Positions 10,898 to 20,080 of a DNA stretch of 64,000 nucleotides are shown here, piece after piece. Source of the DNA: a virus (Duplodnaviria; Caudoviricetes); the IMG/VR virus record IMGVR_UViG_3300042914_002678; one strand, given 5' to 3'. The first letter of the stretch is position 1. Every line of letters begins with the position of its first letter. Under the pieces are notes generated by a model. That model had not been told where the DNA came from. It did not search any database and was given only the letters and a program-made list of their open reading frames with translations. Both the position numbers and the translations under genes were made by a program.

Positions 10898-11118
10898 AAA
10901 ATTTTAAGCAATTTTGTGAGCAGGCATTTCATCCAGACTTAGTGAATAAATTAAGTGATCCAAAAGTGCAAAAAAATCTTCAAAGCACTATAATAAAACC
11001 TGGTCAAAAATTTGCCTCTGGTCCACCACCAATTGGACAAAATAACAAAAAATCTTCATCTTCTACTGATAAAACTAAAAAGTTTCTTGGAAGAATAGTT
11101 AGCAACGCTCCATATTAA
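10894..11118 (+). CDS. Small basic protein with a capsid-targeting-like N-terminus (candidate internal head protein)
   Basis: MKNFKQFCEQA resembles the T4 internal-protein CTS MKTYQEFIAE. Confidence 0.6.
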   Translation: MKNFKQFCEQAFHPDLVNKLSDPKVQKNLQSTIIKPGQKFASGPPPIGQNNKKSSSSTDKTKKFLGRIVSNAPY

Positions 11119-11124
11119 ATTATT

Positions 11125-11664
11125 ATGCCATTTCCCAATCAAATTAGCAATAGAAATTTTTTATCTCCAATAGGATTTAAATTTAATATTGCAAAGAATA
11201 GAAAAATTGATTTTTTTTCAAATAAAGCTAAAATTCCTGGATTAACTTTAGGTATTGCAAATCAAGGAACTCCATTTAAAAGAATAGATGTTCCTGGAGA
11301 TGTTATTGAATATGATGATTTTATTTTATCATTCATAGTTGATGAAAATTTAGAAAATTACATGGCAATTCATAATTGGATTACTGGATTGGGATTTCCT
11401 GAAAATTTTGATCAATATAAAAATCTAGTTACAAATGATGATGGAATTGGTGACGAAAAATTGCAATTTAGTGACGGTTCTTTGGCAATTTTAAATAGCA
11501 ATTATCGTGAAGTAGCACAAATTAGGTTTAAAGATTTATTTCCATATTATATAACTTCAATTGATTTTGATGCTACAGTTAATGATATTCAATACTTTAC
11601 AGCAGAGGTTAGTTTCAAGTATACTGTTTATAGTATTGTTGATGCAAACGGAAATCCTCTATGA
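11125..11664 (+). CDS. gp3: Tail completion / tube terminator protein
   Basis: NRNFLSPIGFKF, FIVDENLENY, LQFSDGSL; synteny gp23-gp3-uvsY. Confidence 0.88.
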   Translation: MPFPNQISNRNFLSPIGFKFNIAKNRKIDFFSNKAKIPGLTLGIANQGTPFKRIDVPGDVIEYDDFILSFIVDENLENYMAIHNWITGLGFPENFDQYKNLVTNDDGIGDEKLQFSDGSLAILNSNYREVAQIRFKDLFPYYITSIDFDATVNDIQYFTAEVSFKYTVYSIVDANGNPL

Positions 11665-12092
11665 ATCTTGATCAAATTCAGGACATGTGGCAGAGAGATT
11701 CTGTTATAGATCCTGATAATTTACACGATGAATCTTTAAAAATTCCACAACTACATTCTAAGTATTACACAATTTATAATACAATTACTCTTCTTCGTGA
11801 AAAAGCAAGAGAAACGTACAACAGAGTCAAGTTAGAACGCTACAACTACTACACTGGAAAGGCACCTGCAGAGGTTTATGTAGAAGAACCATTTCCCTAT
11901 AAAGTTAGAGAAAAAGACGCCTTACAGAGGCATATGGACGCAGATGAGAAACTTTCTAAAATAGAAATGAAAATCCGATATTATGATATTATGTTAAAAT
12001 TTCTTGAGGAGGTCATTCGTATGATTTCTAACCGAACTTATCAAATTAAGAATAGTATAGAGTTTTTAAAATTTACCGCAGGATACAATTGA
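11661..12092 (+). CDS. uvsY: Recombination mediator UvsY
   Basis: SLKIPQLHSKY, RTYQIKNSIEFLKF; synteny with uvsW. Confidence 0.92.
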   Translation: MNLDQIQDMWQRDSVIDPDNLHDESLKIPQLHSKYYTIYNTITLLREKARETYNRVKLERYNYYTGKAPAEVYVEEPFPYKVREKDALQRHMDADEKLSKIEMKIRYYDIMLKFLEEVIRMISNRTYQIKNSIEFLKFTAGYN

Positions 12093-12122
12093 GGCAGAAA
12101 TGCCTCTTTTTTATTATAAATA
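12091..12122 (+). terminator. Terminator fused to a T4 late promoter (TATAAATA 12115-12122)
   Basis: gaggca-GAAA-tgcctc, T-run, then tataaata. Confidence 0.8.
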
Positions 12123-12137
12123 CTTTGGGATGGAGAT

Positions 12138-12371
12138 ATGTTTATGGCATTCATATACAAAATAACCAACAATATAAACGGAAAATTGAAATAGAAGTTG
12201 AGGGTATAAAGTTTAAAAGTATTAATGAAGCAGCACGATGGGGCAGTAGATAAATACTCTATAGGAAGGAACACCGCAATAAGATATATTAAAGAAGGTC
12301 GTTCATTTTCCAATAAAAAACAATTGAACTATAGTTATAATGGAACATACAAAGCGACAAAATATCTCTAA
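12138..12371 (+). pseudogene. Internally deleted, frameshifted GIY-YIG homing endonuclease remnant
   Basis: MAFIYKITNNINGK (GIY-YIG start) stops at 12192-12194; another frame gives IEIEVEGIKFKSINEAARW (NUMOD1-like), and a third continues to a stop near 12371. Confidence 0.75.
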
Positions 12372-13833
12372 TGGGCATATTATAATTCAAAAGAAAAATG
12401 AGGTTTATTTAACTATTCAAGCAGAACCTCATATCTATTATGAATTAAGGGACGCATTTCAATTTGAAGTTCCAAACGCAAAGTTTGCTCCTGCTTATAA
12501 AAATAAATGGTGGGATGGTCGCATATATTTGTTTAATGTGGATACAAGAGAAATTTATATTGGTCTTTTAGATCGAATTATTAGATTTTGCGAAAATCAT
12601 AGTTATACCTATGAGTTTGTAAATAATAAATTCTATGGTCTTCCTTTTGAAATTAATGATTTCATATCAAAGGAAGGTGTCAAAGATTATATGACTTCTA
12701 TTTGCAAGTATGCTCCCCGCGATTACCAAGTTGAGGGAGTATACGACGCTTTAAGACATAATAGAAAGTTGTTGATATCTCCAACTGCTTCTGGAAAGTC
12801 GTTGATGATATACTCGATTGTGAGATATTACGTTGAGAAAGGACAAAATACTCTGATAGTCGTTCCGACGACATCCCTTGTAGAGCAGATGTATAAAGAC
12901 TTTGCAGATTATGGGTGGGATGTTGGTTCATACTGCCACAAGATATATGCAGGTAAAGAAAGGGAAACAGACTCTCAGGTGATTATCACTACCTGGCAAT
13001 CAATCTACAAACTTCCTCGTCAATATTTCTCAAGATTTAATGTGGTCGTTGGAGATGAAGCACACCAGTTTAAATCAAAGTCATTAGTATCTATAATGAC
13101 AAAACTTTCTGACGCAAAGTATCGTTTTGGATTTACAGGAACTCTTGATGGTACTCAAACACATAAATGGGTTTTAGAAGGTTTATTTGGTCCTTCTTAT
13201 AAAATTATTAGAACAGAAGAACTGATGCAAAAGGGTCATGTTGCTAAACTAGACATTAACATTCTTCTATTGAAACACCCACCGAATAAGTTTGAAAACT
13301 TTGAAGAAGAAGTTCAATATATTATTAATCATGAAAAAAGAAATAAATTTATTAAAAATCTTGCATTAGATCTTAAAGGCAATACTTTGATTCTCTTTGC
13401 TAGAGTAGAAGGTCATGGGCAACCTTTGTACGAACTCATAAATAAGAGTATCAATGAAGATCGTCATGTCTTCTTTGTTCATGGTGGCGTAGATACTGAA
13501 AATCGTGAAAAAGTTAGAGAAATTACTGAAAAAGAGAACAATGCAATCATTGTTGCTTCATATGGAACTTTCAGTACAGGAATTAACATTAAAAATTTGC
13601 ATAACGTTATCTTTGCTTCACCAAGTAAATCAAGAATCCGCAATCTTCAATCGATTGGAAGAGTATTAAGAAAGAGCGATAACAAAGCAAAAGCAACTCT
13701 ATATGACATTGCCGATGATATCAGTTATAAATCAAGAAAAAATTATACACTCAACCATTTAATTGAAAGAATTAAAGTTTATAATGAAGAAAATTTTAAT
13801 TACGATATTGTAAATATACCGATTAAAAACTAA
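12340..13833 (+). CDS. uvsW: UvsW RNA-DNA/DNA helicase
   Basis: SPTASGKS, GDEAH, TGT, SRIRNLQSIGRVLR; the start position is uncertain. Confidence 0.96.
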   Translation: MEHTKRQNISNGHIIIQKKNEVYLTIQAEPHIYYELRDAFQFEVPNAKFAPAYKNKWWDGRIYLFNVDTREIYIGLLDRIIRFCENHSYTYEFVNNKFYGLPFEINDFISKEGVKDYMTSICKYAPRDYQVEGVYDALRHNRKLLISPTASGKSLMIYSIVRYYVEKGQNTLIVVPTTSLVEQMYKDFADYGWDVGSYCHKIYAGKERETDSQVIITTWQSIYKLPRQYFSRFNVVVGDEAHQFKSKSLVSIMTKLSDAKYRFGFTGTLDGTQTHKWVLEGLFGPSYKIIRTEELMQKGHVAKLDINILLLKHPPNKFENFEEEVQYIINHEKRNKFIKNLALDLKGNTLILFARVEGHGQPLYELINKSINEDRHVFFVHGGVDTENREKVREITEKENNAIIVASYGTFSTGINIKNLHNVIFASPSKSRIRNLQSIGRVLRKSDNKAKATLYDIADDISYKSRKNYTLNHLIERIKVYNEENFNYDIVNIPIKN

Positions 13834-14240
13834 TGGGAGATGAATTTTACGCAATTATAAAATTAGTTTCTGGTGAAGAAGTATTTTCTCAAGTGTGCAT
13901 TGATGAAAATGAAGGAGACCCTGTAGTCGTATTATCAAGTCCAGTAATTATGAAGTCTGTTCAAAATTTGAACGGAATACTTATAAAAGTTAAACCATGG
14001 ATAGACTTATCCGATGATGATTTCTTTATTATAAAACCTGATAAGATAATTACAATGACAGAAACTAAAAATAAAAATTTAATACGCCTATATGAAAATT
14101 ATATTAATGATGAAAATGTAGATATATTTAATTCAAGTGATTCTGAGAGTGGAAAAGTAAATCTTTCAAATAGAATGGGATATATCTCTTCTGTTAAAGA
14201 AGCAAGGGAAGTATTGGAAAAGATCTTTAAACATCTTTAA
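13833..14240 (+). CDS. Conserved cyanophage hypothetical protein (Sm-like fold plausible)
   Basis: FYAIIKLVSGEEVF...KVKPWI; conserved position between uvsW and gp55. Confidence 0.7.
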   Translation: MGDEFYAIIKLVSGEEVFSQVCIDENEGDPVVVLSSPVIMKSVQNLNGILIKVKPWIDLSDDDFFIIKPDKIITMTETKNKNLIRLYENYINDENVDIFNSSDSESGKVNLSNRMGYISSVKEAREVLEKIFKHL

Positions 14241-14298
14241 GATACTTAAACTCTGATCTTCAACCGGGACAAAGGTAGTCTACTGGCATTTGGCGTTC

Positions 14299-14327
14299 TT
14301 GTCAAGCTCAACTAATAATGCTATAAT
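14299..14327 (+). promoter_or_regulatory. Sigma70-type promoter upstream of gp55
   Basis: TTGTCA-N17-TATAAT with an extended -10 TG. Confidence 0.7.
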
Positions 14328-14367
14328 AAATTTAACTTATAAAATAAATTTATTACAATTAAATATT

Positions 14368-14883
14368 ATGACAAAAAAGAAATCAGAGCATTATGTAAAC
14401 AATAAAGAACTGCTTGAAGCACTAATTGTTTATAGATCAAAAGTTGAAGCAGACTTTTTAAAAAGAAATGATAGAAAACCATTAAGGGAAGATAGAGCAA
14501 AACATTGGGATGGAAAACCACCTATCCCAAATTATCTTGGTGAATGTTTTTTAAAGATTGCAACTCATTTATCATACAAACCAAACTTTGTCAATTATAT
14601 GTTCCGTGAGGATATGATTTCTGACGGTATTGAAAATTGTGTTCAATATATTCATAATTTCGATCCAGAGAAGTCTAAGAATCCATTTGCTTATTTCACT
14701 CAGATTATTCACTACGCATTTCTGAGGAGAATTCAAAAAGAGAAGAAGCAACTAGATATCAAAACCAAGATTATCGAACGCACAGGGTTTGATGAGGTTA
14801 TGATGGTTGATGACAGCTTGCTTTCTGGGCACAGTTCGGAGTATAATTCCATTAAAGACGCCATTCAGTATCGTAATAAGTGA
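14368..14883 (+). CDS. gp55: Late transcription sigma factor
   Basis: HYVNNKELL, YMFREDMISDGIENC, NPFAYFTQII; ATG 14368 preferred over the track start. Confidence 0.96.
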   Translation: MTKKKSEHYVNNKELLEALIVYRSKVEADFLKRNDRKPLREDRAKHWDGKPPIPNYLGECFLKIATHLSYKPNFVNYMFREDMISDGIENCVQYIHNFDPEKSKNPFAYFTQIIHYAFLRRIQKEKKQLDIKTKIIERTGFDEVMMVDDSLLSGHSSEYNSIKDAIQYRNK

Positions 14884-14940
14884 CCTTTTCTAACTCCTAA
14901 ATGTTATAAATAATTATATACTTTGGAGTTAGAAATAGAT

Positions 14941-15576
14941 ATGACTAAACCAAAATACACGCCAGAAGAAAGAAAAAAAATAATGGCGGAAAATCTATTG
15001 AAAAATAAAGAAAGGGCAAAATTAAAAGGATATACTCAAAAAAGTTCTGCTCGGGAGAAAGCAATTGAGGAAGGTAAAAAAACTTATATTGGATCAGTTG
15101 CTTGTAAACATTGTGGCAGTTATGAAAAGTATGTTAGCAGTTATAATTGCACTCCCTGTGCAGTTAAAAAGGGACTTGAAAAATTGAATAATGATGAGTT
15201 AATGAAACCTTATAGGACGAAAGAAAAGAAACAACAATATTGTGAAAATAATACAGAATTAGTTAATTCTATCAAAAGAAAATATGCTAAATCTGAAAGA
15301 GGTAAAGCAGTAAGTTGTGAAAAACAAAGAAGAAGACATGCTAGATTGAAACAAGGTATTCCAATTGAAATTACTGAAAATGAATTGAGAGAAATACAAG
15401 AAATATATCAAGAAGCACAACACTTGACTTTTACCACTGGAGTGCAGTATGATGTAGACCATATCATTTCGTTGTTTGAGGGTGGACTACATCACCCAGA
15501 TAATCTCCAAATCATTACTCATGAAGAGCATCTTATGAAAACTGCAAAAGAAAATAGTAGGAGGCAGCAAAAGTGA
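14941..15576 (+). mobile_element. Free-standing HNH homing endonuclease
   Basis: CxxC pairs, YDVDHIISLFEGGLHHPDNLQII; inserted between gp55 and gp47 with its own late promoter. Confidence 0.85.
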
Positions 15577-16607
15577 AGGTGGGTTTAATTTGTGACACCC
15601 ATTATGGGTGTAAAAAGGGTTCTAAGTATATTCATGATTATTTCGAACTCTTTTACAAGAATGTATTTTTTCCTGCCCTTGAAGAAAACAATGTAGAGGC
15701 AGTCATTCATATGGGTGATGCTTTTGATAGTCGCAAGTCAATTGATTATCAAAGTCTTGAGTGGTCAAAAAGAGTTGTGTTTGACCCTCTTAAAAAGTAT
15801 GATGTCCATATGGTTATAGGTAATCATGATACTTATTATAAAAATACCAATAGTGTAAATTCACCAGAACTTCTTCTTCAGACTTATCCCAATATTAAAA
15901 CTTATAGTGATCCTACAGAAATTAATATTGGTGGACTGGACATTTTATTAATACCTTGGATCAATCAAGAGAATGAAACAAAAACTCTAAAAATGATTGG
16001 AGAATCCAAGAGTAAATGTGCTATGGGACATCTTGAGTTTCAGGGATTTAGAGTTAATCGTCAACTAGTGATGGAACATGGATTGGATTCAACTATTTTT
16101 AAAAACTTCACAAAAGTATTTTCTGGTCATTACCACACTCGTTCTGATAATGGACGCATTTTCTATTTGGGTAATCCTTATGAAATGTACTGGACAGATG
16201 TAAATGATACTCGTGGGTTTCATATTTTTGATACTGAAACACTAGAACATACTCCAATTAATAATCCTTATAAATTATTTTATAACATTTATTATGAGGA
16301 TACTCCATATCAAATATTTGATGCCACAGAGTATAAAAATAAAATTGTAAAGGTAATTGTTCGTAAAAAATCTAAACCAAAAGATTTTGAAAAGTTTATT
16401 GATAAACTTTATAGCACTGGAGTTCAAGAGTTAAAAATTATTGAGAATTTTGAAATTCAAGAAAGTGAAGATTTTAAAGTAGATGAAGACGAAAACACAT
16501 TATCAATATTAAATCGTTATATTGATGATTCTGAATTTGATCTTGATAAAAATGTTATAAAAAATATTTTTCAAGATCTTTACCAACAAGCATCGCAAGT
16601 AGAGTAA
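15573..16607 (+). CDS. gp47: Recombination endonuclease subunit (Mre11/SbcD-like)
   Basis: DTHYG, HMGDAFD, GNHD, SGHYH phosphoesterase motifs. Confidence 0.96.
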   Translation: MKVGLICDTHYGCKKGSKYIHDYFELFYKNVFFPALEENNVEAVIHMGDAFDSRKSIDYQSLEWSKRVVFDPLKKYDVHMVIGNHDTYYKNTNSVNSPELLLQTYPNIKTYSDPTEINIGGLDILLIPWINQENETKTLKMIGESKSKCAMGHLEFQGFRVNRQLVMEHGLDSTIFKNFTKVFSGHYHTRSDNGRIFYLGNPYEMYWTDVNDTRGFHIFDTETLEHTPINNPYKLFYNIYYEDTPYQIFDATEYKNKIVKVIVRKKSKPKDFEKFIDKLYSTGVQELKIIENFEIQESEDFKVDEDENTLSILNRYIDDSEFDLDKNVIKNIFQDLYQQASQVE

Positions 16608-16608
16608 A

Positions 16609-16878
16609 ATGTTTCTTCTCACTCTTAAAGATAAAAAAGACGATGGAGCATATGCTGTTCAAGATCAGTATGGGCATAAAGTTTTGTTTCTTTTTGAAGA
16701 AGAAGACGATGCGACAAGATACGCTTTAATGCTTGAAGATCAAGAAGATCAAGAAATGGATGTTGTTGAAGTTGATGATGAACTTGCTATAAAAACTTGT
16801 AAATTATACAATTACAGATATACTGTAATTACTCCCGATGATATTGTAATTCCTCCCAAAAATGTTGATATTTCATAA
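16609..16878 (+). CDS. DUF3110-like protein (family shared with cyanobacteria)
   Basis: VLFLFEEEDDATRYALMLEDQ motif; family recalled from memory. Confidence 0.6.
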   Translation: MFLLTLKDKKDDGAYAVQDQYGHKVLFLFEEEDDATRYALMLEDQEDQEMDVVEVDDELAIKTCKLYNYRYTVITPDDIVIPPKNVDIS

Positions 16879-18577
16879 GATTAAATATAAGAATTTTTTA
16901 AGTTCTTCTAATCAATTTACGGAGATTGATTTTAGAAAAAATAGTACAAATTTAATAATTGGTACAAATGGCGCAGGTAAATCTACTATGTTGGATGCAC
17001 TTACATTTGTGCTTTTTAATAAAAGTTTTAGAGGAATCACAAAACCTCAACTTGTCAATAGTATCAATGAAAGAGATTGTGTAGTTGAGATAGAATTTTC
17101 TGTTAATAGTAAAAATTACTTAGTTCGAAGAGGAATTAAACCTAATATTTTTGATATTGAAGTTAATGGTATATCTCTTCATAAAGAAGCAGACGATCGT
17201 GCAAATCAAAGAATTCTAGAAGAAAATATTTTAAAAGTAAATTATAAATCTTTTACTCAAATTGTAATTTTGGGTAGTAGTAATTTTGTTCCTTTTATGC
17301 AACTTACATCTTCAAATCGTCGTGAGGTGATTGAAGACCTTTTAGATATTCGTGTCTTTTCTGCCATGAATGCTTTGGTTAAAGATAAGATTAAAGAACA
17401 AAAGGATCAAATTAAATCTTTAGATTTGAAAAAAGAAAATCTCAAAGATAAAATTAAAATGCAAGAGAGTTTTATCGAAGAGCTTGAAAATCGTGGTAAT
17501 GCCAATATAAATTCCAATAAAGAAAAAATTGCCAAGTTAGATACTGAAGTTGGCAATTATATGGTAGATAATTCTGTTATTGAAGGGGGAATTCATAAAC
17601 TTCAAAAAGAACAAGAAGAAGTAATTGGTGCTGAGGATAAATTAGTAAAACTAAACAATTTAAAGGGAAAGTTGTCTCAAAAAGTATTTTCAATTACAAA
17701 AGAGCATAAGTTTTTTACTGAAAATACGGTCTGCCCCACTTGTACTCAGGAAATTGAAGAATCATTTCGGTTAAATAGAATTGAAGACGCTCAAAATAAG
17801 GCAAAGGAACTCCAGAAAGGTTTTCAAGAACTTGAGGAGACTATAAAGTTAGAACAAGAAAGAGAGCGTCAATTTACAGTTCTATCTAAGGAGATCACGA
17901 AACTCAATCATGAGATTTCTCAAAACAATACTCGGATATCACTTAACCAGCGACAAATCCGAGATCTTGAAAATGAAATTCAAACAATTACCGAAAACCT
18001 TGCAAACAGAAATACTGAGCATGAGAAGTTAGAAGAATTTCGATCCAATCTCCAAAAAACATTCGAAGACCTTTCAGACAAAAAACAACAAATCGTTCAT
18101 TACGATTTTGCCCACTCCTTACTCAAGGACGATGGCGTTAAAACGAAGATAATCAAGAAGTATCTTCCGTTCATAAATCAGCAGGTGAATCGTTATCTTC
18201 AAATGATGGATTTTTATATTAATTTTCATCTAGATGAAGAGTTTAACGAAACAATTAAATCTCCAATTCATGAAAACTTTTCATATTCGTCTTTTTCGGA
18301 AGGTGAAAAAATGAGAGTTGATTTATCTCTACTCTTTACTTGGAGAGAAGTTGCTAAACTCAAAAATTCTGTGAATACTAATCTGCTGATTATGGATGAA
18401 GTCTTTGATTCATCTCTTGATGGATTTGGGACTGAAGAGTTTCTTAAGATTATTCGCTATGTCATTAAAGACGCTAATATCTTTGTAATTTCTCATAAGA
18501 CTGGTCTTGAGGACAAATTTGAAAGTGTCACAAAGTTCGACAAGCGCAATGGATTCTCATATAAGGTAGAATCATAA
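16862..18577 (+). CDS. gp46: Recombination ATPase subunit (Rad50/SbcC-like)
   Basis: GTNGAGKS, CPTC zinc hook, FSEGEKMR, LLIMDEVFDS. Confidence 0.97.
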   Translation: MLIFHKIKYKNFLSSSNQFTEIDFRKNSTNLIIGTNGAGKSTMLDALTFVLFNKSFRGITKPQLVNSINERDCVVEIEFSVNSKNYLVRRGIKPNIFDIEVNGISLHKEADDRANQRILEENILKVNYKSFTQIVILGSSNFVPFMQLTSSNRREVIEDLLDIRVFSAMNALVKDKIKEQKDQIKSLDLKKENLKDKIKMQESFIEELENRGNANINSNKEKIAKLDTEVGNYMVDNSVIEGGIHKLQKEQEEVIGAEDKLVKLNNLKGKLSQKVFSITKEHKFFTENTVCPTCTQEIEESFRLNRIEDAQNKAKELQKGFQELEETIKLEQERERQFTVLSKEITKLNHEISQNNTRISLNQRQIRDLENEIQTITENLANRNTEHEKLEEFRSNLQKTFEDLSDKKQQIVHYDFAHSLLKDDGVKTKIIKKYLPFINQQVNRYLQMMDFYINFHLDEEFNETIKSPIHENFSYSSFSEGEKMRVDLSLLFTWREVAKLKNSVNTNLLIMDEVFDSSLDGFGTEEFLKIIRYVIKDANIFVISHKTGLEDKFESVTKFDKRNGFSYKVES

Positions 18578-18589
18578 ACAAACAGAACA

Positions 18590-18730
18590 ATGCAAGTACC
18601 TAATCGCTACCATCACTCTAAAAAGGAGCAGAAGCGGAAACTGAAACCGCAAGCACTCCGACAAGCAAAGGCACGTCGCCAAGCACTCAAGAAGCACCTT
18701 AAGGGTGCTTCTTTTTTTATAAATATCTAA
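18590..18730 (+). CDS. Small very basic protein (46 aa) that runs through a terminator
   Basis: Read by hand: MQVPNRYHHSKKEQKRKLKPQALRQAKARRQALKKHLKGASFFINI. Confidence 0.6.
   Translation: MQVPNRYHHSKKEQKRKLKPQALRQAKARRQALKKHLKGASFFINI
18691..18725 (+). terminator. Terminator fused to a late promoter (TATAAATA 18718-18725)
   Basis: gaagcacc-ttaag-ggtgcttc, T7, ataaata. Confidence 0.8.
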
Positions 18731-18740
18731 AAACCATAAT

Positions 18741-18959
18741 ATGAAAACGTTTCAAGAATTTCAAACTGAGAGTAAATCTCAAGAATTTAAAGATAGGTTG
18801 GAAAAATTGAAAAAAAGAAGTGCTGCTACAGATGCTGAAGCACAAAAAACGGCGTCTCAAGCCAGATCAGATTTTGATAGATTATCTACATCGGTTGAAA
18901 AATATAAAAAAACAGTTAGTACGGATAGAAAGGCAAATCCTCATGCGGATGAGAACTGA
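18741..18959 (+). CDS. Candidate internal head protein with a CTS-like N-terminus
   Basis: MKTFQEFQTES, close to the T4 IP CTS MKTYQEFIAE; late promoter directly upstream. Confidence 0.7.
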   Translation: MKTFQEFQTESKSQEFKDRLEKLKKRSAATDAEAQKTASQARSDFDRLSTSVEKYKKTVSTDRKANPHADEN

Positions 18960-18999
18960 CTTTAAATATAAATAACTAAAAAGTTTTTTTTATAAAAAA

Positions 19000-19998
19000 A
19001 TGAAAGCACAACAGATGCAGTCTTTGTTTGAGGCATATCAAAACATATATGTCCGAGAAGAAGTACAAGAAGAATTTTCGGAAGAAGTAGAAATTGCTGC
19101 TCAATATTTTTATGAAATGGGTTTAAATGAGGATGGAGTTGATATTCTTATTGAAGAACTTGGTGAAGAAGAATTTGCAAACTTTGTTTCAGATATTGCT
19201 GAAGAGTATGTTTTAACCGAAGCAAGAGCAGGTGGTGCTAGAATTGAACCTGTGACTGCAAAAGGACAAAAGTTCAAGTCTGGTAAACCAACTGGCAAAT
19301 CTCTTGAAAGACTTCGTGCTCAAAAGGCAGCAAGAAGAGATGCGGAAGAAAAATCATCTGCAACAAAACCATCTGGAATGAAGGCATCACTTCAAAGACA
19401 ATCTGCAGTTGCTGCAGCAGCAAAAAAACAACCTAAAAAACCAGGTGTATTAGATCGTGTTGCTGGTGCAATTAATAGAGGAATTGCAAGACATAATGCT
19501 GCTATGAATGTTGCAAAAGAAACTGGAAAAACTATCAAAAAAGCAGCAGGAAAAGTTGGTGGAGTTGCTCTTGAAGTTGGTAAAGGGGCATCGGGAACTG
19601 CCAGACTTGCTGGGCATGTTGCAAGAAAAGGACTAAATGATGAGTATATTATAGGATATCTGATTGATGAAGGGTATGCTGAAACAACAGAAGCAGCAGA
19701 AGCAATTATGGTGAATATGAGTGAAGAATGGAGAGAAGATATTGTTGAGGCAGCAAAGGATCAATCAAATAAGCAAATTGAAAGAGGTGTAAAGACAACT
19801 TATAAGGCAGGAAATGTTCTTGACAATCAACATCAAGGTAGGAGTCGTGGTTTATCCCGACTTTCTGCAGTTGAAAGAGAAGAAAAAACTAAAAGAATGA
19901 GAGGTCGTCTAAAGAGTCGTAGAGATGATTTATTTGGAGAGCGTAACAGACGTGAAGATGAAGCAAGAGCAGAAATGAAGAAAAAATACGGTCTGTAA
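19000..19998 (+). CDS. Modular acidic/basic protein of the EGYA-module family
   Basis: SLFEAYQNIY N-terminus, YLIDEGYAETTEAAEAIMVNMSEEW; TATAAATA 18967-18974. Confidence 0.8.
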   Translation: MKAQQMQSLFEAYQNIYVREEVQEEFSEEVEIAAQYFYEMGLNEDGVDILIEELGEEEFANFVSDIAEEYVLTEARAGGARIEPVTAKGQKFKSGKPTGKSLERLRAQKAARRDAEEKSSATKPSGMKASLQRQSAVAAAAKKQPKKPGVLDRVAGAINRGIARHNAAMNVAKETGKTIKKAAGKVGGVALEVGKGASGTARLAGHVARKGLNDEYIIGYLIDEGYAETTEAAEAIMVNMSEEWREDIVEAAKDQSNKQIERGVKTTYKAGNVLDNQHQGRSRGLSRLSAVEREEKTKRMRGRLKSRRDDLFGERNRREDEARAEMKKKYGL

Positions 19999-20000
19999 TA

Positions 20001-20040
20001 GGACACTTCTCAAACTGATACACTAGAGGGTCTCACCACC
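20001..20040 (+). repeat. Degenerate copy of the early-promoter repeat element
   Basis: ggacacttctcaaactgatacactagagggtctca matches 21805-21839 at 28 of 35 positions. Confidence 0.7.
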
Positions 20041-20080
20041 ATTTTTTTATAAATATTAAAAAAAGTTTTTATAAAAAAAA

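Noticed and set aside
10891-10900. Programmed frameshift fusing the 10739 module to the 10894 protein
   Set aside because: An ordinary ATGA translational coupling explains the overlap, and there is no convincing slippery site or downstream structure.
14290-14367. Track-predicted N-terminal extension of gp55
   Set aside because: It starts at TTG inside the promoter region; the family N-terminus matches ATG 14368.
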